From the NCBI GenBank assembly GCA_900617105.1, contig UYFQ01000001.1, forward strand, positions 3,596,001 to 3,660,000: DNA of 64,000 nucleotides, given 5' to 3'. Each line of letters starts with the position of its first letter. Within the stretch, counting starts at the first letter, position 1. Shown one piece after another: positions 40,578-49,921 of the stretch. The notes under the pieces are model-generated. The model did no database searches. It saw only the letters and a list, made by a program, of their open reading frames with translations, and had not been told where the DNA came from. The position numbers and the translations under genes were made by a program. The DNA comes from Hydrurus foetidus (lineage: Eukaryota).

Positions 40578-41011
40578 GTTGTCTCCGGTTTGGATTTTTA
40601 TGAATAAAGAGTCGCAACGGTTGAGGCACAAAATCGCACGATGGCAACTCTGACGATATTGCGTTGGAAGGTTGTCAGAGTATTCATGAATCTTTCGCAT
40701 CCCCCATCAGGGTTTACCAATGTGCCTCACGCGCCAAGCCCGCTCTGGCAAATTTGGAGGTCTCAGCGTATGCGCGTGCACAACCCGCTTGCCCGTGTAG
40801 GCGTGGCTGTCAGCGTTGACTTATTCACTTGATCCGAATTGTTTGCGTCTGGTTGTAATGATTGCTTTGATCGGTATCGCAGCAGTATCAAGGTTGTGGC
40901 AATTGCTGCACAAAATACTTGTCTGTGGTGCACCCCCGTCAATATTCCGTTTATCAGAATTCCGTCTGCCGTTGAAATAGAGATGGATGTCGACCGAAAC
41001 ATCAATTAAAT

Positions 41012-41052
41012 GCTATTAAATTAGGAGCTGCTATCCCCATTATTTGTGGGGC
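41012..41052 (+). repeat. Family A motif, intergenic
   Basis: GCTA-ttaaattag-GAGC-tgctatc-CCCA-ttatttgtg-GGGC. Confidence 0.78.
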
Positions 41053-41092
41053 TGCGGCACTAAAACACCATCAAAAAGTACCAAAAAAAAGT

Positions 41093-41563
41093 TCAATTCG
41101 GTAAAAACGCCGTTGCTTCTACTTCAATCAAAACCTCATCATTTGGCAGCATACGGCTGACTTCCACCACCGTGCTGACCACCGGCTCGGGGCAAAACAG
41201 GCCGCGCACCCGGTTGTAGGCCGGGTAGTGGCGCAGGTCGCGAAAATACCGCACCAGCTTGAAGACGTCTTTCATTTGCCCGCCCTCGGCTTAAACAATT
41301 TCTTTGATGCGGTTGAGTGCAAACCAGCTTTGCGCCACGGCGGGGGATTCAAAGATGTCCACACGCATTTGGCCTGTAACGTAACCCATCGTTTTTAGCT
41401 GGGTTTGCGCTTCAAGCGCCAGGTCGCCGTAGCTGGTGACAACTTTGCTTGCAGTGGCGTGAACCGCAATCACGCCGCCTAAGTACAGCATGTTGCCCAC
41501 GCGTTTTGCGGCCAGGTAGTTGGCTAGCGGTGCGCCCACAGCGACTGATTTCTCCATGATCAC
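41093..41563 (-). pseudogene. RidA/YjgF-family protein with in-frame stop
   Basis: Two same-frame ORFs (41291-41563 and 41093-41275) separated by TAA at 41291-41293; C-terminal LIEVEATA. Confidence 0.75.
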
Positions 41564-42153
41564 ATCGCTTTCAAGCAGGTAGAGACTTTGTTGATGAATG
41601 CTTCGCAGTCGCTAGCAGATACGTTGTTCATGTTGTGCAATTGCAGCCAGGTGGTTTTGCAATTTTTTGCCATCAGTGCCCGCAGGCCTCGCATGAACAA
41701 TTTTTTCGCCGGGTCACCCATTACTTTGAGCCACCACTACGGGGCCCCGCCATGGGTAATGACCGTCAAGCGCTGAACGTGGCGCAAGCCTGGCACGGCG
41801 GCTTTGCCTTTTTGCGGCGGTGGCAAAAACGCCACGCCCGGCAGCCAGCCCCTTTCCAGCCAGCCTTTGAGCATGGCCGGCGGGCCGTAAAACCAGAGGG
41901 GGAACACAAATACCAAATGCTCGGCCCACTTCAACGCATCGACATGCGGCTGCACGCGCGCTTCAATCAAGGCGGGGTTCGGCAGGTAGGCCTCGCGCTC
42001 TTCCAGCGTCAAAATCGGTTGAAAATTCTCGGCGTACAAATCAAAGCAGCGCAGCTCGTTGCCGTTCGCTTTGAAAATTTCAACCGTTTTAGCGTACAGC
42101 GCAGCGCTAAAACTTTTCGGGTTGGGGTGACAGTAGACAACCAGCGTTTTCAA
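41560..42153 (-). pseudogene. Flavodoxin-like NAD(P)H dehydrogenase (quinone) with nonsense mutation
   Basis: HPNPKSF, FPLWFYGPPAMLKGW; TAG at 41737-41739 in GAP*WWLK; frame continues to TGA at 41560. Confidence 0.8.
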
Positions 42154-42169
42154 CGTTCAGTGCTCTGGT

Positions 42170-43189
42170 TTACTTCACACCAGCTTTGGCTTTAACGTCC
42201 ATGCCAACCTTCTTATTCACAAATTGAGTACTGACGACTTTGCTCAAATCAACATCGCCTGGCTTGTACAAGCCCGCTTTAACCATCTTGTCGTAAAAAT
42301 CTTTCACGCGCGCCGTGTTCATTGCGCCAATGCCGTTGGTCAGTGCTTCGCCGCTGTCGACAATGTTCAACTTTTTCATCAGTTCAATACCGCCCGCAAT
42401 GTTGGCGTCGGTCGCCTCCGGGTTAGCCTTTTTGATCATTTCGTTGGCGGCTTTGTTGTCGCCGTACAGGTAGTTGTACCAGCCGATGGGGGACGCGTCG
42501 ACAAACTTTTGCACCATTTCAGGCTTGGTTCGCACCAACTCGGCGCGGGTTTCAATAGTCGTGCTGTAGGTTGAAAAGCCGTTGTCGGCCAGCAGATGCA
42601 CCACGGGGTCGAATCCCTGCGCTCTCAGGCTGATGGGCTCACTGATGCTGTAGCCCTGCTGCACAGACTTTTTATCGGCCATTAAGGGGCCGACGTTGAA
42701 CACGTACGGTTTAAGCTGCTCGTCTTTAAAACCGTGCTCTGCCTTCATCCATTGCCAAAAGCTGAACTGGCCGTCTTTGCTGATGAAAGCCGTGGGCGCT
42801 TTGGACAATTCCGAAAACTTTTCGTAGCCTTGGCCAGGGTGCGTAAAGATAGTTTGCGGGTCTTTTTGGAAAATTGCCGCCACCACAACCGTTGGCACAC
42901 CGTTTTTCACGTTGTCAAAGCTCAGCAGCAGGTTGCCCGCCATCAAAAAGTCAATCTTGCCAGTGGCCAGAAGCGGGCGGTTGTTTATTTGCGGGCCGCC
43001 TTGCGCTATTTCTACGTCCAGGCCCATGCGCTTGTAGGTGCCGTCAGCCACTGCCTGGTAAAAACCGCCGTGACCGGCTTGGGCCTTCCAGCTGGTGCCA
43101 AAAACGACTTTTTCCTGTGCAAAAATGCCTGTGGCTCAAATAATCAGGGCGCAAGCAGCTATTTATTTAGTAGCAAAATTGATTTTCAT
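42170..43189 (-). pseudogene. NMT1/THI5-like ABC substrate-binding protein with two stops in the signal peptide
   Basis: MKINFATK*IAACALII*ATGIFAQEKVVFGTSWKAQAGHGGFYQA in frame with ORF 42170-43051. Confidence 0.8.
43134..43174 (-). repeat. Family A motif forming the signal-peptide coding region
   Basis: Minus strand GCTA-ctaaataaa-TAGC-tgcttgc-GCCC-tgattattt-GAGC. Confidence 0.85.
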
Positions 43190-43291
43190 AGTGTTACTTC
43201 ATATTGAGGGAGGGTGATAAAAAACGAATTGGACAATCCGAACAGTCGGTATGAATCGTTGCACAAACAATGCCTAAGTGCATCAGGGTTT

Positions 43292-44710
43292 TCAGGGCTT
43301 AGCGTATTCGGGCAGCCAGCCGCGCGTTTTGCAAGGGTTCATCAATCCGTGTGGGTCAGCGATTTTTTTGAAGTCGATCTGCGTGGTGTCAATCGTCTTC
43401 ATGCCGCCGTCTTCAATCGTGATGACGTGGTTGTCAAACACCTGGCAGCCATCGGCCTCAAATTCGGCCATGATTTCGTACAGCCGTTTTTTGTCAAGGT
43501 AGCTGACGAGCGGCAGCCCGAAAGCCACACAGTCGCCGTACTGGCGACCAAATTCGTGGTGCTGCAGTACCTCATCGCCACAGCGCTGCATTTGCTTTTC
43601 AACCAGAGCGATGTCAATGCCGACACCCGCAACCCAACGCGCAACAGTTTGCAAATTAGTCCAGCTTTTGTCGACTTTGAGTGCCATCGGCGTAGTGTGG
43701 TTGTAGGCGCATTCAAAGGCAGGGTGCAGGTTTTGCGCTTTGACGTCAGCTTCATTGAGTGCCATCGCTTCTGTGCCGCTGTGCTTGGCCAGCAAGGCGC
43801 GCCAAGCAGCCAGGTGTGCTGGGTTGACCATCAAAAAAACCGCGTCTTTGTCGGCCGGAACGCGCTCGCCAAAACTACTGCGGCAATACGGTGCAATGCG
43901 GCGCTCAACGGCAGTGATTAAAAACGCATCGACATCGCTGCCAATGGCTTCGGTTGCTCCGCAGCCAAACGCCAACGCCGCGCTGTAGCTGTCAAACAAA
44001 CCAATGTGGTGAATCCAGTCCACTGCTGGTTTGAGCCGCAAGGTTAGCGCGGTAATGACGCCATTGGTGCCCTAAGCGTGGTGCACTTTTTGAATGTCTG
44101 CGCCATGCAGTTCAATGACTTGCGGGGTTTCTTAGAGCGTGACCACACGAATCATGGTGACGTTGCCTGCGTTTTCAAGTATGCCGCTGCGCATGCTGCC
44201 CGCACCTGCGTAGCCGCCTGCAATGAAGCCGCCAATGGTGGCGATGTCTCGCGTGCTCGGGCACATCAAAATTTCTTGACCGCCTGGAACGGAATCGTTT
44301 GCGCGGACCGCTTTTTCCAGGTCGGCAATCAAAATCCCTGCTTCACAGGTTACGGCGCCTGCCTCGATTTTCAGCACGCTGTTTAGCTGCGTGATGTCCA
44401 AAATAATGCCGCCCGCCATCGGCACGCACTGGCCGTAGTTGCCCGTGCCGCCGCCGCGCACGGTGATGTTGATGCGGTGTTTGGCGCAAGCTGCTGCCAC
44501 GCGAATCACTTCGTCTTGTGAGCGCGGCGTAACGATGACGTCGCCTGTTCTACCTTCAAGCAGCGCGGTGAGGATGGGGCTGTACCAAAAATAATCGCGC
44601 GACTTGGCCGCAATTTGCACCGCGTTTAAATTGATTTCAATCGGGGCGATGTCTGCTAGAAAGTTGTGCAGAGCAGAGCTGGGTGGGCTGGGTGAGAAGG
44701 AGTGATTCAT
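43292..44710 (-). pseudogene. FAD-binding oxidoreductase (GlcD-like) with two nonsense codons
   Basis: RGGGTGNYGQ, ATIGGFIAGG; TAA at 44132-44134 and TAG at 44072-44074 (HHA*GTNG) in one continuous frame; C-terminal DPHGLMNP. Confidence 0.85.
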
Positions 44711-44729
44711 GATTGGAATTTACCACTCG

Positions 44730-45689
44730 TCAAGCCGCAATTAAAGCTGCGGGTAAAGGCTCAATCGGCTTGAAGGCCATCTCGGTGGCAAAGTCCAAAA
44801 ATGCGCGTGTTCTGGCTGGAATCAACTTGCGCGTGGGCAATGCTGCGTACAGCGTAAACCGGCCAAAAATCCAGTCGGGCAGGATGTGAATAAGTGCGCC
44901 CGTGGCGAGATAACTCTGCGCTGGGTATTGCGGTATGACTGCTATGCCGGCTCCGTCAAGCGCCGCGTTGAACAGCATGTCCATGCTGGGGGAATGCAGC
45001 ACAGTTTGTATGGGCGCATCCACTGCTTTACCCGCTTCATCCGCTTTGCCTGAGCTGTTGAGCGGCGTCAAACTCAAGCCCCTTGAAGGTTGGCTCGACA
45101 AGGCCAACCATGGAAAACGCAGGTACAAATGCTTTGCTAAATCAGCCGGTTGCACAGGCGTGCCATAACGCTTTAAGTAGCTGGGGCTGGCGCACACAAT
45201 CCACTGGGTAGTGGCGATGTTGCGCGCCACGATGTTGAGGTCTGCGCCTTCATTGACCGACAGGAAAGTCACATCAAATTCTTCCACCCGAGGCAGGGGA
45301 AACGGGTCAACCTGCAGGTCGATGCACACATCGGGATGGCGGGCGGTCCAGTGCTTGATTTGGTAGGCCAAAAAGTGGTTGGCAAACAGCGGCGGCGCCA
45401 GTACATGCACCACGCCATGCAGGGCGCTGGCACTTTGGCTGGCAGAAGCTTCTGCGTCGTCTACCTCGGCCAGAATTGATCTGACCCGCATTAAATAGGC
45501 CTCACCAGCGTCAGTGAGCAACAGCTTGCGGGTGGTGCGCTGCATAAGCCGCGCGCCCAGGTGCTGCTCCAGGTCAGTGACTAAGCGCGTCACGCCAGCC
45601 GGTGACATATCGAGCGCACGGGCGGCTGCCGCAAAGCCACCCTCATCAATGACTTTTTGAAATACGCGCATGGATAGGAGTCTGTCCAT
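44730..45689 (-). CDS. LysR-family transcriptional regulator
   Basis: MDRLLSMRVF...GGFAAAARAL...RTTRKLLLTDAG HTH. Confidence 0.92.
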   Translation of the reverse strand: MDRLLSMRVFQKVIDEGGFAAAARALDMSPAGVTRLVTDLEQHLGARLMQRTTRKLLLTDAGEAYLMRVRSILAEVDDAEASASQSASALHGVVHVLAPPLFANHFLAYQIKHWTARHPDVCIDLQVDPFPLPRVEEFDVTFLSVNEGADLNIVARNIATTQWIVCASPSYLKRYGTPVQPADLAKHLYLRFPWLALSSQPSRGLSLTPLNSSGKADEAGKAVDAPIQTVLHSPSMDMLFNAALDGAGIAVIPQYPAQSYLATGALIHILPDWIFGRFTLYAALPTRKLIPARTRAFLDFATEMAFKPIEPLPAALIAA

Positions 45690-45773
45690 AAAGTGCTCTT
45701 TTAAGGGTTAATACGTAACTTTTAAGTAAAAAGATGCAACAAATAGTTGTTAATTAATCTGGATTCACAAATT

Positions 45774-45792
45774 TATTGCGCATTATGCAATA
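45774..45792. promoter_or_regulatory. Putative LysR recognition box (T-N11-A dyad)
   Basis: TATTGC-gcattat-GCAATA in the AT-rich divergent intergenic region. Confidence 0.55.
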
Positions 45793-45976
45793 GTGCATTG
45801 CTGACCAATGGGTTAGTAATTGAGAATAAAAGGCCTAAAGTTCACTCCATCGATGAGACGCAAGGACAACAAGCTGCTCACCGAGACGGACAACCCGCCC
45901 TAGGCTCCAAGCCCGCAAGCAAGTTGTTCGTAGTGGTCGAAAAGACTTTTTTTGTTAACTTTTTAGGAACTTCATC

Positions 45977-46288
45977 ATGAACTCGAAATTAATTGCCGCT
46001 ACCGTTATTGCTTTGTCAACATTCGGCGCAACTGCCGCTTTTGCGGGCGACATGTCGCAGCAAATTCCGTACAGCACCGCCAGCAGCACCACCCGAGCTG
46101 CCGTGATGTCTGACTTCGCTAAGGCCCGCGCAAATGGCACATTGCAGGTGTCTAACGAAACTGGCGTGTTTACCGTCATTGCGCAGCCGCAAGCCACTAC
46201 CGTGACCCGCGCGCAAGTTCGCATGGAAGGCATTCAAGCCATGCGTTCAGCCCCTACGCATGACGTGGACGGCTACAGCACGTACTAA
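45977..46288 (+). CDS. DUF4148-like small exported protein
   Basis: Signal peptide; TTRAAVMSDFAKARANG and VTRAQVR repeats. Confidence 0.75.
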   Translation: MNSKLIAATVIALSTFGATAAFAGDMSQQIPYSTASSTTRAAVMSDFAKARANGTLQVSNETGVFTVIAQPQATTVTRAQVRMEGIQAMRSAPTHDVDGYSTY

Positions 46289-46314
46289 TCTGCACGCTGC
46301 AGGTTAACCAAGCG

Positions 46315-46344
46315 CTGGTAGCGGGTAATTTAACCCGCTGCCAG
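46315..46344. terminator. Hairpin between convergent genes (possible terminator)
   Basis: ctggtagcgggt-aattta-acccgctgccag. Confidence 0.5.
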
Positions 46345-47568
46345 TATTTCGCCCGCTCGTATCACTTTGCGCTGCTGCCCTGTGGCGCTCAGCAGCTCAT
46401 AGGGTGTCCTGGCAGCTAGCAGCACCAGGTCGGCCGGGCAACCCACTTTAATTAATCCATTCCAGGGCAAACGCATGGCGCGGGCTGGGTGCGTGGTGAC
46501 GGTGGCCAAAGCGTCGGTGGTCGGACTCAAATGAGCTACCTGCACGCCTAAGGCGTAAGTGGCCAGCAGGTCGTAGCTGCCATACGGAAAAAAACTGTCC
46601 GCTACATTATCAGTAGCTATTGACGCCTGTATACCTTGGGCTGCGGCTTCATTAAGCCTTGTAATGCCACGTTCGACGGGGGTTGAGTCCCACGCGCCCT
46701 GCAGATACAAATTGGTGGTGGGCAGAGCGATTAACGACACACCCGCCTCAAAGCACAATTTCAACGTTGCCTCAGCCTCAGCTCGCGGCTGAACACTCAA
46801 AGAGCAGCAGTGGCCGCAGGTTACTTTGCCTTGGTACTGGTTAGCCAGTGTTAGCTCGGCAATCAACCGAAGCCCGGTCGCGTCGATGTCCAGGCCCTCG
46901 TCCACATGAAAGTCAAGGTGCAAGCCGTGCTGTGCGGCCACCTCAAACACGCGCTGCAGTTTGGCCGGCATGTCAGCGTTGCGGTAAACAAAAGCGCCCA
47001 TCAAAGCCGCTTCGCCTTGGGATTTGTCAGCAGACTGGTCAACCCGCGCAAGCTCGGCAGCTTTTCGCTGGGCAAGTAAATTGCCTTCACTGGTGCCGTC
47101 AAACACATCTAACGGGGTGAGCGACACACACTGCAAGGCGACTTTGCCGCGCCAGTGGCCGCGCACCGCTTCAAAAGCGGCGAGTGACTTGGGCGCTGCG
47201 GGCTCAAACCAGTCTAAGTGCGTGCGCAGCGCGCGCGTGCCGTGGCGGTAAGCGTCGCTCACCGCGCGCTGCATGCGCATGGTGATGTCAAGAGTGGTCC
47301 AGCTGGCGCGGTGCTGGCCCATCAGCGTAATGGCCTTGAATAAATCGCCGTCTGCGGCACCCACTTCATCGACCACATAAGTCTTGTCGATGTGTACATG
47401 GGCATCAGCCAAGCAAGGCAACAGCGTGCCTGATGCTACTGAATCAGGAGCTGCTTGCGCCCGCAATATATGGGCTACAGTGTCATTTTGTATATCAACG
47501 TCGAAGCGATCGGCATCCAGATCGAAGCCGCGAACGCAGGTGGGGATCATTACATTTGTCAGATGCAT
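46330..47568 (-). CDS. Amidohydrolase, cytosine/pterin deaminase-like
   Basis: DAHVHIDK, RTHLD, DFHVDE, CGHCCSL, TDNVADSFFPYG. Confidence 0.88.
   Translation of the reverse strand: MHLTNVMIPTCVRGFDLDADRFDVDIQNDTVAHILRAQAAPDSVASGTLLPCLADAHVHIDKTYVVDEVGAADGDLFKAITLMGQHRASWTTLDITMRMQRAVSDAYRHGTRALRTHLDWFEPAAPKSLAAFEAVRGHWRGKVALQCVSLTPLDVFDGTSEGNLLAQRKAAELARVDQSADKSQGEAALMGAFVYRNADMPAKLQRVFEVAAQHGLHLDFHVDEGLDIDATGLRLIAELTLANQYQGKVTCGHCCSLSVQPRAEAEATLKLCFEAGVSLIALPTTNLYLQGAWDSTPVERGITRLNEAAAQGIQASIATDNVADSFFPYGSYDLLATYALGVQVAHLSPTTDALATVTTHPARAMRLPWNGLIKVGCPADLVLLAARTPYELLSATGQQRKVIRAGEILAAG
46601..46641 (+). repeat. Family A motif overlaid on the deaminase catalytic Asp region
   Basis: GCTA-cattatcag-TAGC-tattgac-GCCT-gtatacctt-GGGC; antisense encodes AQGIQASIATDNVA. 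Confidence 0.75.
47435..47475 (+). repeat. Family A motif in the deaminase N-terminal region
   Basis: GCTA-ctgaatcag-GAGC-tgcttgc-GCCC-gcaatatat-GGGC; antisense encodes VAHILRAQAAPDSVAS. Confidence 0.88.
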
Positions 47569-47580
47569 GGTGAGGTTTTC

Positions 47581-48456
47581 CTATCGGCTGCTTTTAATTT
47601 CACTTTCGTGCCACTTGCCCAACACCAGCTTGGACACGCCCATGAAGACCAGGTAAATCAAAATGCCGGTGAGCGACACCAGCACCAGCTCCGCAAACAT
47701 TTTGGGGATTTCAGTGCGAAAGCTGGCTTCTAGAATGCGCGACGCCAAGCCCGATTCTTTGCCGGCTGCGCCCGCTGTGAATTCAGCCACCACCGCGCCA
47801 ATCAAGCTCAAACCGCCCGCGATTTTCAGGCCCGCAATAAAGTACCGCATAGCCGACGGAATCAGCAAAAAGCGCAGCGTTTGCCAAGGGCTTGCGCGGT
47901 ACAGCGTGAACAAATCGCGCAGGTTGTGGTTAGCGCTCCTTAAACCCACCACGGTGTTCGACAAAATGGGGAAAAACGCCACAATCCACGCGCACAGCAG
48001 CAGCAGCGCGGCGGTGGTGCTGTTAATAAAATCAAAATCAGCGGGGCAATGAGCACAATCGACATGACCTGCAGCACAATGGCAAACGGAAACAAGCACA
48101 GCTCTACCCACTTGTTCAGCGCAAACAGCATGGCCAGCACCATGCCGCCCACCACAGCCAGTACTAGAGCACCAAAGGTGATTTTCATGGTGTACAGCCA
48201 GCTCACCATCAGCGACCCAGGTTGTCCGGCAATCTCTTTAAAACCAGCGTGGGCGCGTGCAACATGTAGTGCGGGATATTGTTGATGGGCACTGTCAGCT
48301 CCCAGGCCAGTAAAGCCAGAAAAACATCAAAAACGGCAATATTTCCTGAACAAATTGCATTGTGCTCCGCGTTTTACAGACGTAAGCGGCTGTTAAAACA
48401 GGAGCAATTGGTATGCTGGCTGCCAGCGTGTTGCAACTTGTCGCTGCCTCAGTCAT
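47581..48456 (-). pseudogene. Nitrate/sulfonate-type ABC permease, frameshifted
   Basis: Permease fragments in different frames (ITFGALVLAVVGG...; FFPILSNTVVGL...GLSLIGAVVAEF). Confidence 0.8.
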
Positions 48457-48742
48457 GGTGGTCTCCGGCTTTTTGCAGCGCTTGCGACACCTGCACGCAC
48501 AGCTCGGCGTAGCGCGGGGTGTTGCGAAAGGCATCTACCCGCGGGTACGGCTCATTGACTGCAATGTCGGCAATTTGTCTGCCCGGCCGCGCCGCCATCA
48601 CGATGACACGGTTGCTAAAGTTCACGCTTTCATACACGCTGTGGGTCACCAAAATCGTGGTGCAGGCCTTAGCTTGCCACAGCGCCAGGGCGTCGTTGTC
48701 ACAGCGGTTTTCAACGCTGCGAAGTTCTGGCATGGTGCCCAT
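48449..48742 (-). pseudogene. Nitrate/sulfonate-type ABC ATPase remnant
   Basis: Only the C-terminal VTHSVYESV..SNRVIVMAARPGR part; Walker A and signature missing. Confidence 0.75.
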
Positions 48743-48751
48743 AGTAAATAC

Positions 48752-49588
48752 TCACAGCGAATGATTGGGCCGGGGATTCAACGTGGATAAAGGCAGGCTG
48801 CTGATCTCCTGCAACAGCCGGGCCAACTGCAGCCCGGCGGCGTCGATCACCGCGCGGCCCTTGGCGGCTGTGGCAATGCTGGCGTCGCCCGCTGCGCCAT
48901 ACGGGTTGTAGTCTTGCATTTGCCAGCCCAGTTTGGCGGCAGCGCCGTTACCCAAAATCGGGTACTTTTTAGAGCGCTCTTCAGCCTGAGTTTGAAAGTG
49001 CTGCGCGTGCTGCATATCCACGTATTTTTCACGCAGGGCAAGCATCATCGACGTTTCCATGTCGCCCGCGTGAATGCCAAAGCGGTGTTCAGTGGGCGTG
49101 AACAAATTCATCACCTCGTCGCCCAGCGGCAAGGTAAACCAGTTGCTTGAAAACACTATCAGGTCATGCGCCGAGCGCAAGTCGCGCGTGACGATGTCCA
49201 TCACGCTGATCTGGCCGCCGTGGCTGTTAAACAGCACCAGCTTTTTGATACCGGCGCGCGCCACGCAAGCGCCCAGTTCCATCCACACACTAATCAGTGT
49301 TTGCGCGCTTAACGTCAGCGTGCCGGGGTAGCGCAGGTGTTCGTTGCTTTTGCCCACTTGCTGCGTGGGCATGAACAGCACCGGCAGCGCGCTGGGCAAG
49401 TGCGGCAATGCAGCTTCAATCACACCGTTGACCAGGGAGGTGTCGACACTTACCGGCAAGTGCGGACCGTGCTGCTCAATGGCGGCCACGGGCAGTACCG
49501 CTACGGTTTGGTCAATCACGCTGCTTGCGGCCAGTTGCGAAAAATGGCGCGAAGTTAAGTCGGCCCAAAATTTTGACGGTAGGTTCAT
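48752..49588 (-). CDS. Creatininase-family amidohydrolase
   Basis: LPVAAIEQHGPHLP, GKSNEH..YPGT, NSHGGQ, HAGDMETS. Confidence 0.9.
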   Translation of the reverse strand: MNLPSKFWADLTSRHFSQLAASSVIDQTVAVLPVAAIEQHGPHLPVSVDTSLVNGVIEAALPHLPSALPVLFMPTQQVGKSNEHLRYPGTLTLSAQTLISVWMELGACVARAGIKKLVLFNSHGGQISVMDIVTRDLRSAHDLIVFSSNWFTLPLGDEVMNLFTPTEHRFGIHAGDMETSMMLALREKYVDMQHAQHFQTQAEERSKKYPILGNGAAAKLGWQMQDYNPYGAAGDASIATAAKGRAVIDAAGLQLARLLQEISSLPLSTLNPRPNHSL

Positions 49589-49592
49589 GATC

Positions 49593-49781
49593 CTAGAAAC
49601 GGTGGTTGGATCCGTGTGAGTGTGCCACGCCCAGCGTGCGCAGCAAGGCGGGACAACGACGCGGGCTATCGCCCGCTAGGAGGAGCAACGCGGCTGAGCG
49701 CGTTGGGCGTGGTGCAATCGCATGCATAGCGCGTTCACCCAAAAGGGGACGGTTTAGAAGGGCGAAAAAGTGAGTATTCAT
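49593..49781 (-). other. Candidate leader uORF / structured leader upstream of creatininase operon
   Basis: 62-codon ORF whose TAG ends 4 nt before the creatininase ATG. Confidence 0.35.
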
Positions 49782-49921
49782 GCGATCTGCACGACGTTTA
49801 CTAGCGGTCAACTGCTGTTTCTAGGATTGGATATTACTGGTAAAAAAGTGTGCATAGGCTAAAGCCCTAGTGTGCTGCTGCGATGCGTGCGGCATCATGA
49901 AACATTCTTTAAGGAAACACC

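Noticed and set aside
40763..41005. 80-aa ORF between the sugar operon and the RidA relic
   Set aside because: Weak start and no recognisable motif or RBS.
41093..44710. Stop-codon recoding (selenocysteine, pyrrolysine or alternative code) explaining the in-frame stops
   Set aside because: All three stop types occur, neighbouring genes carry frameshifts and deletions, and normal genes use all stops; ordinary decay is simpler.
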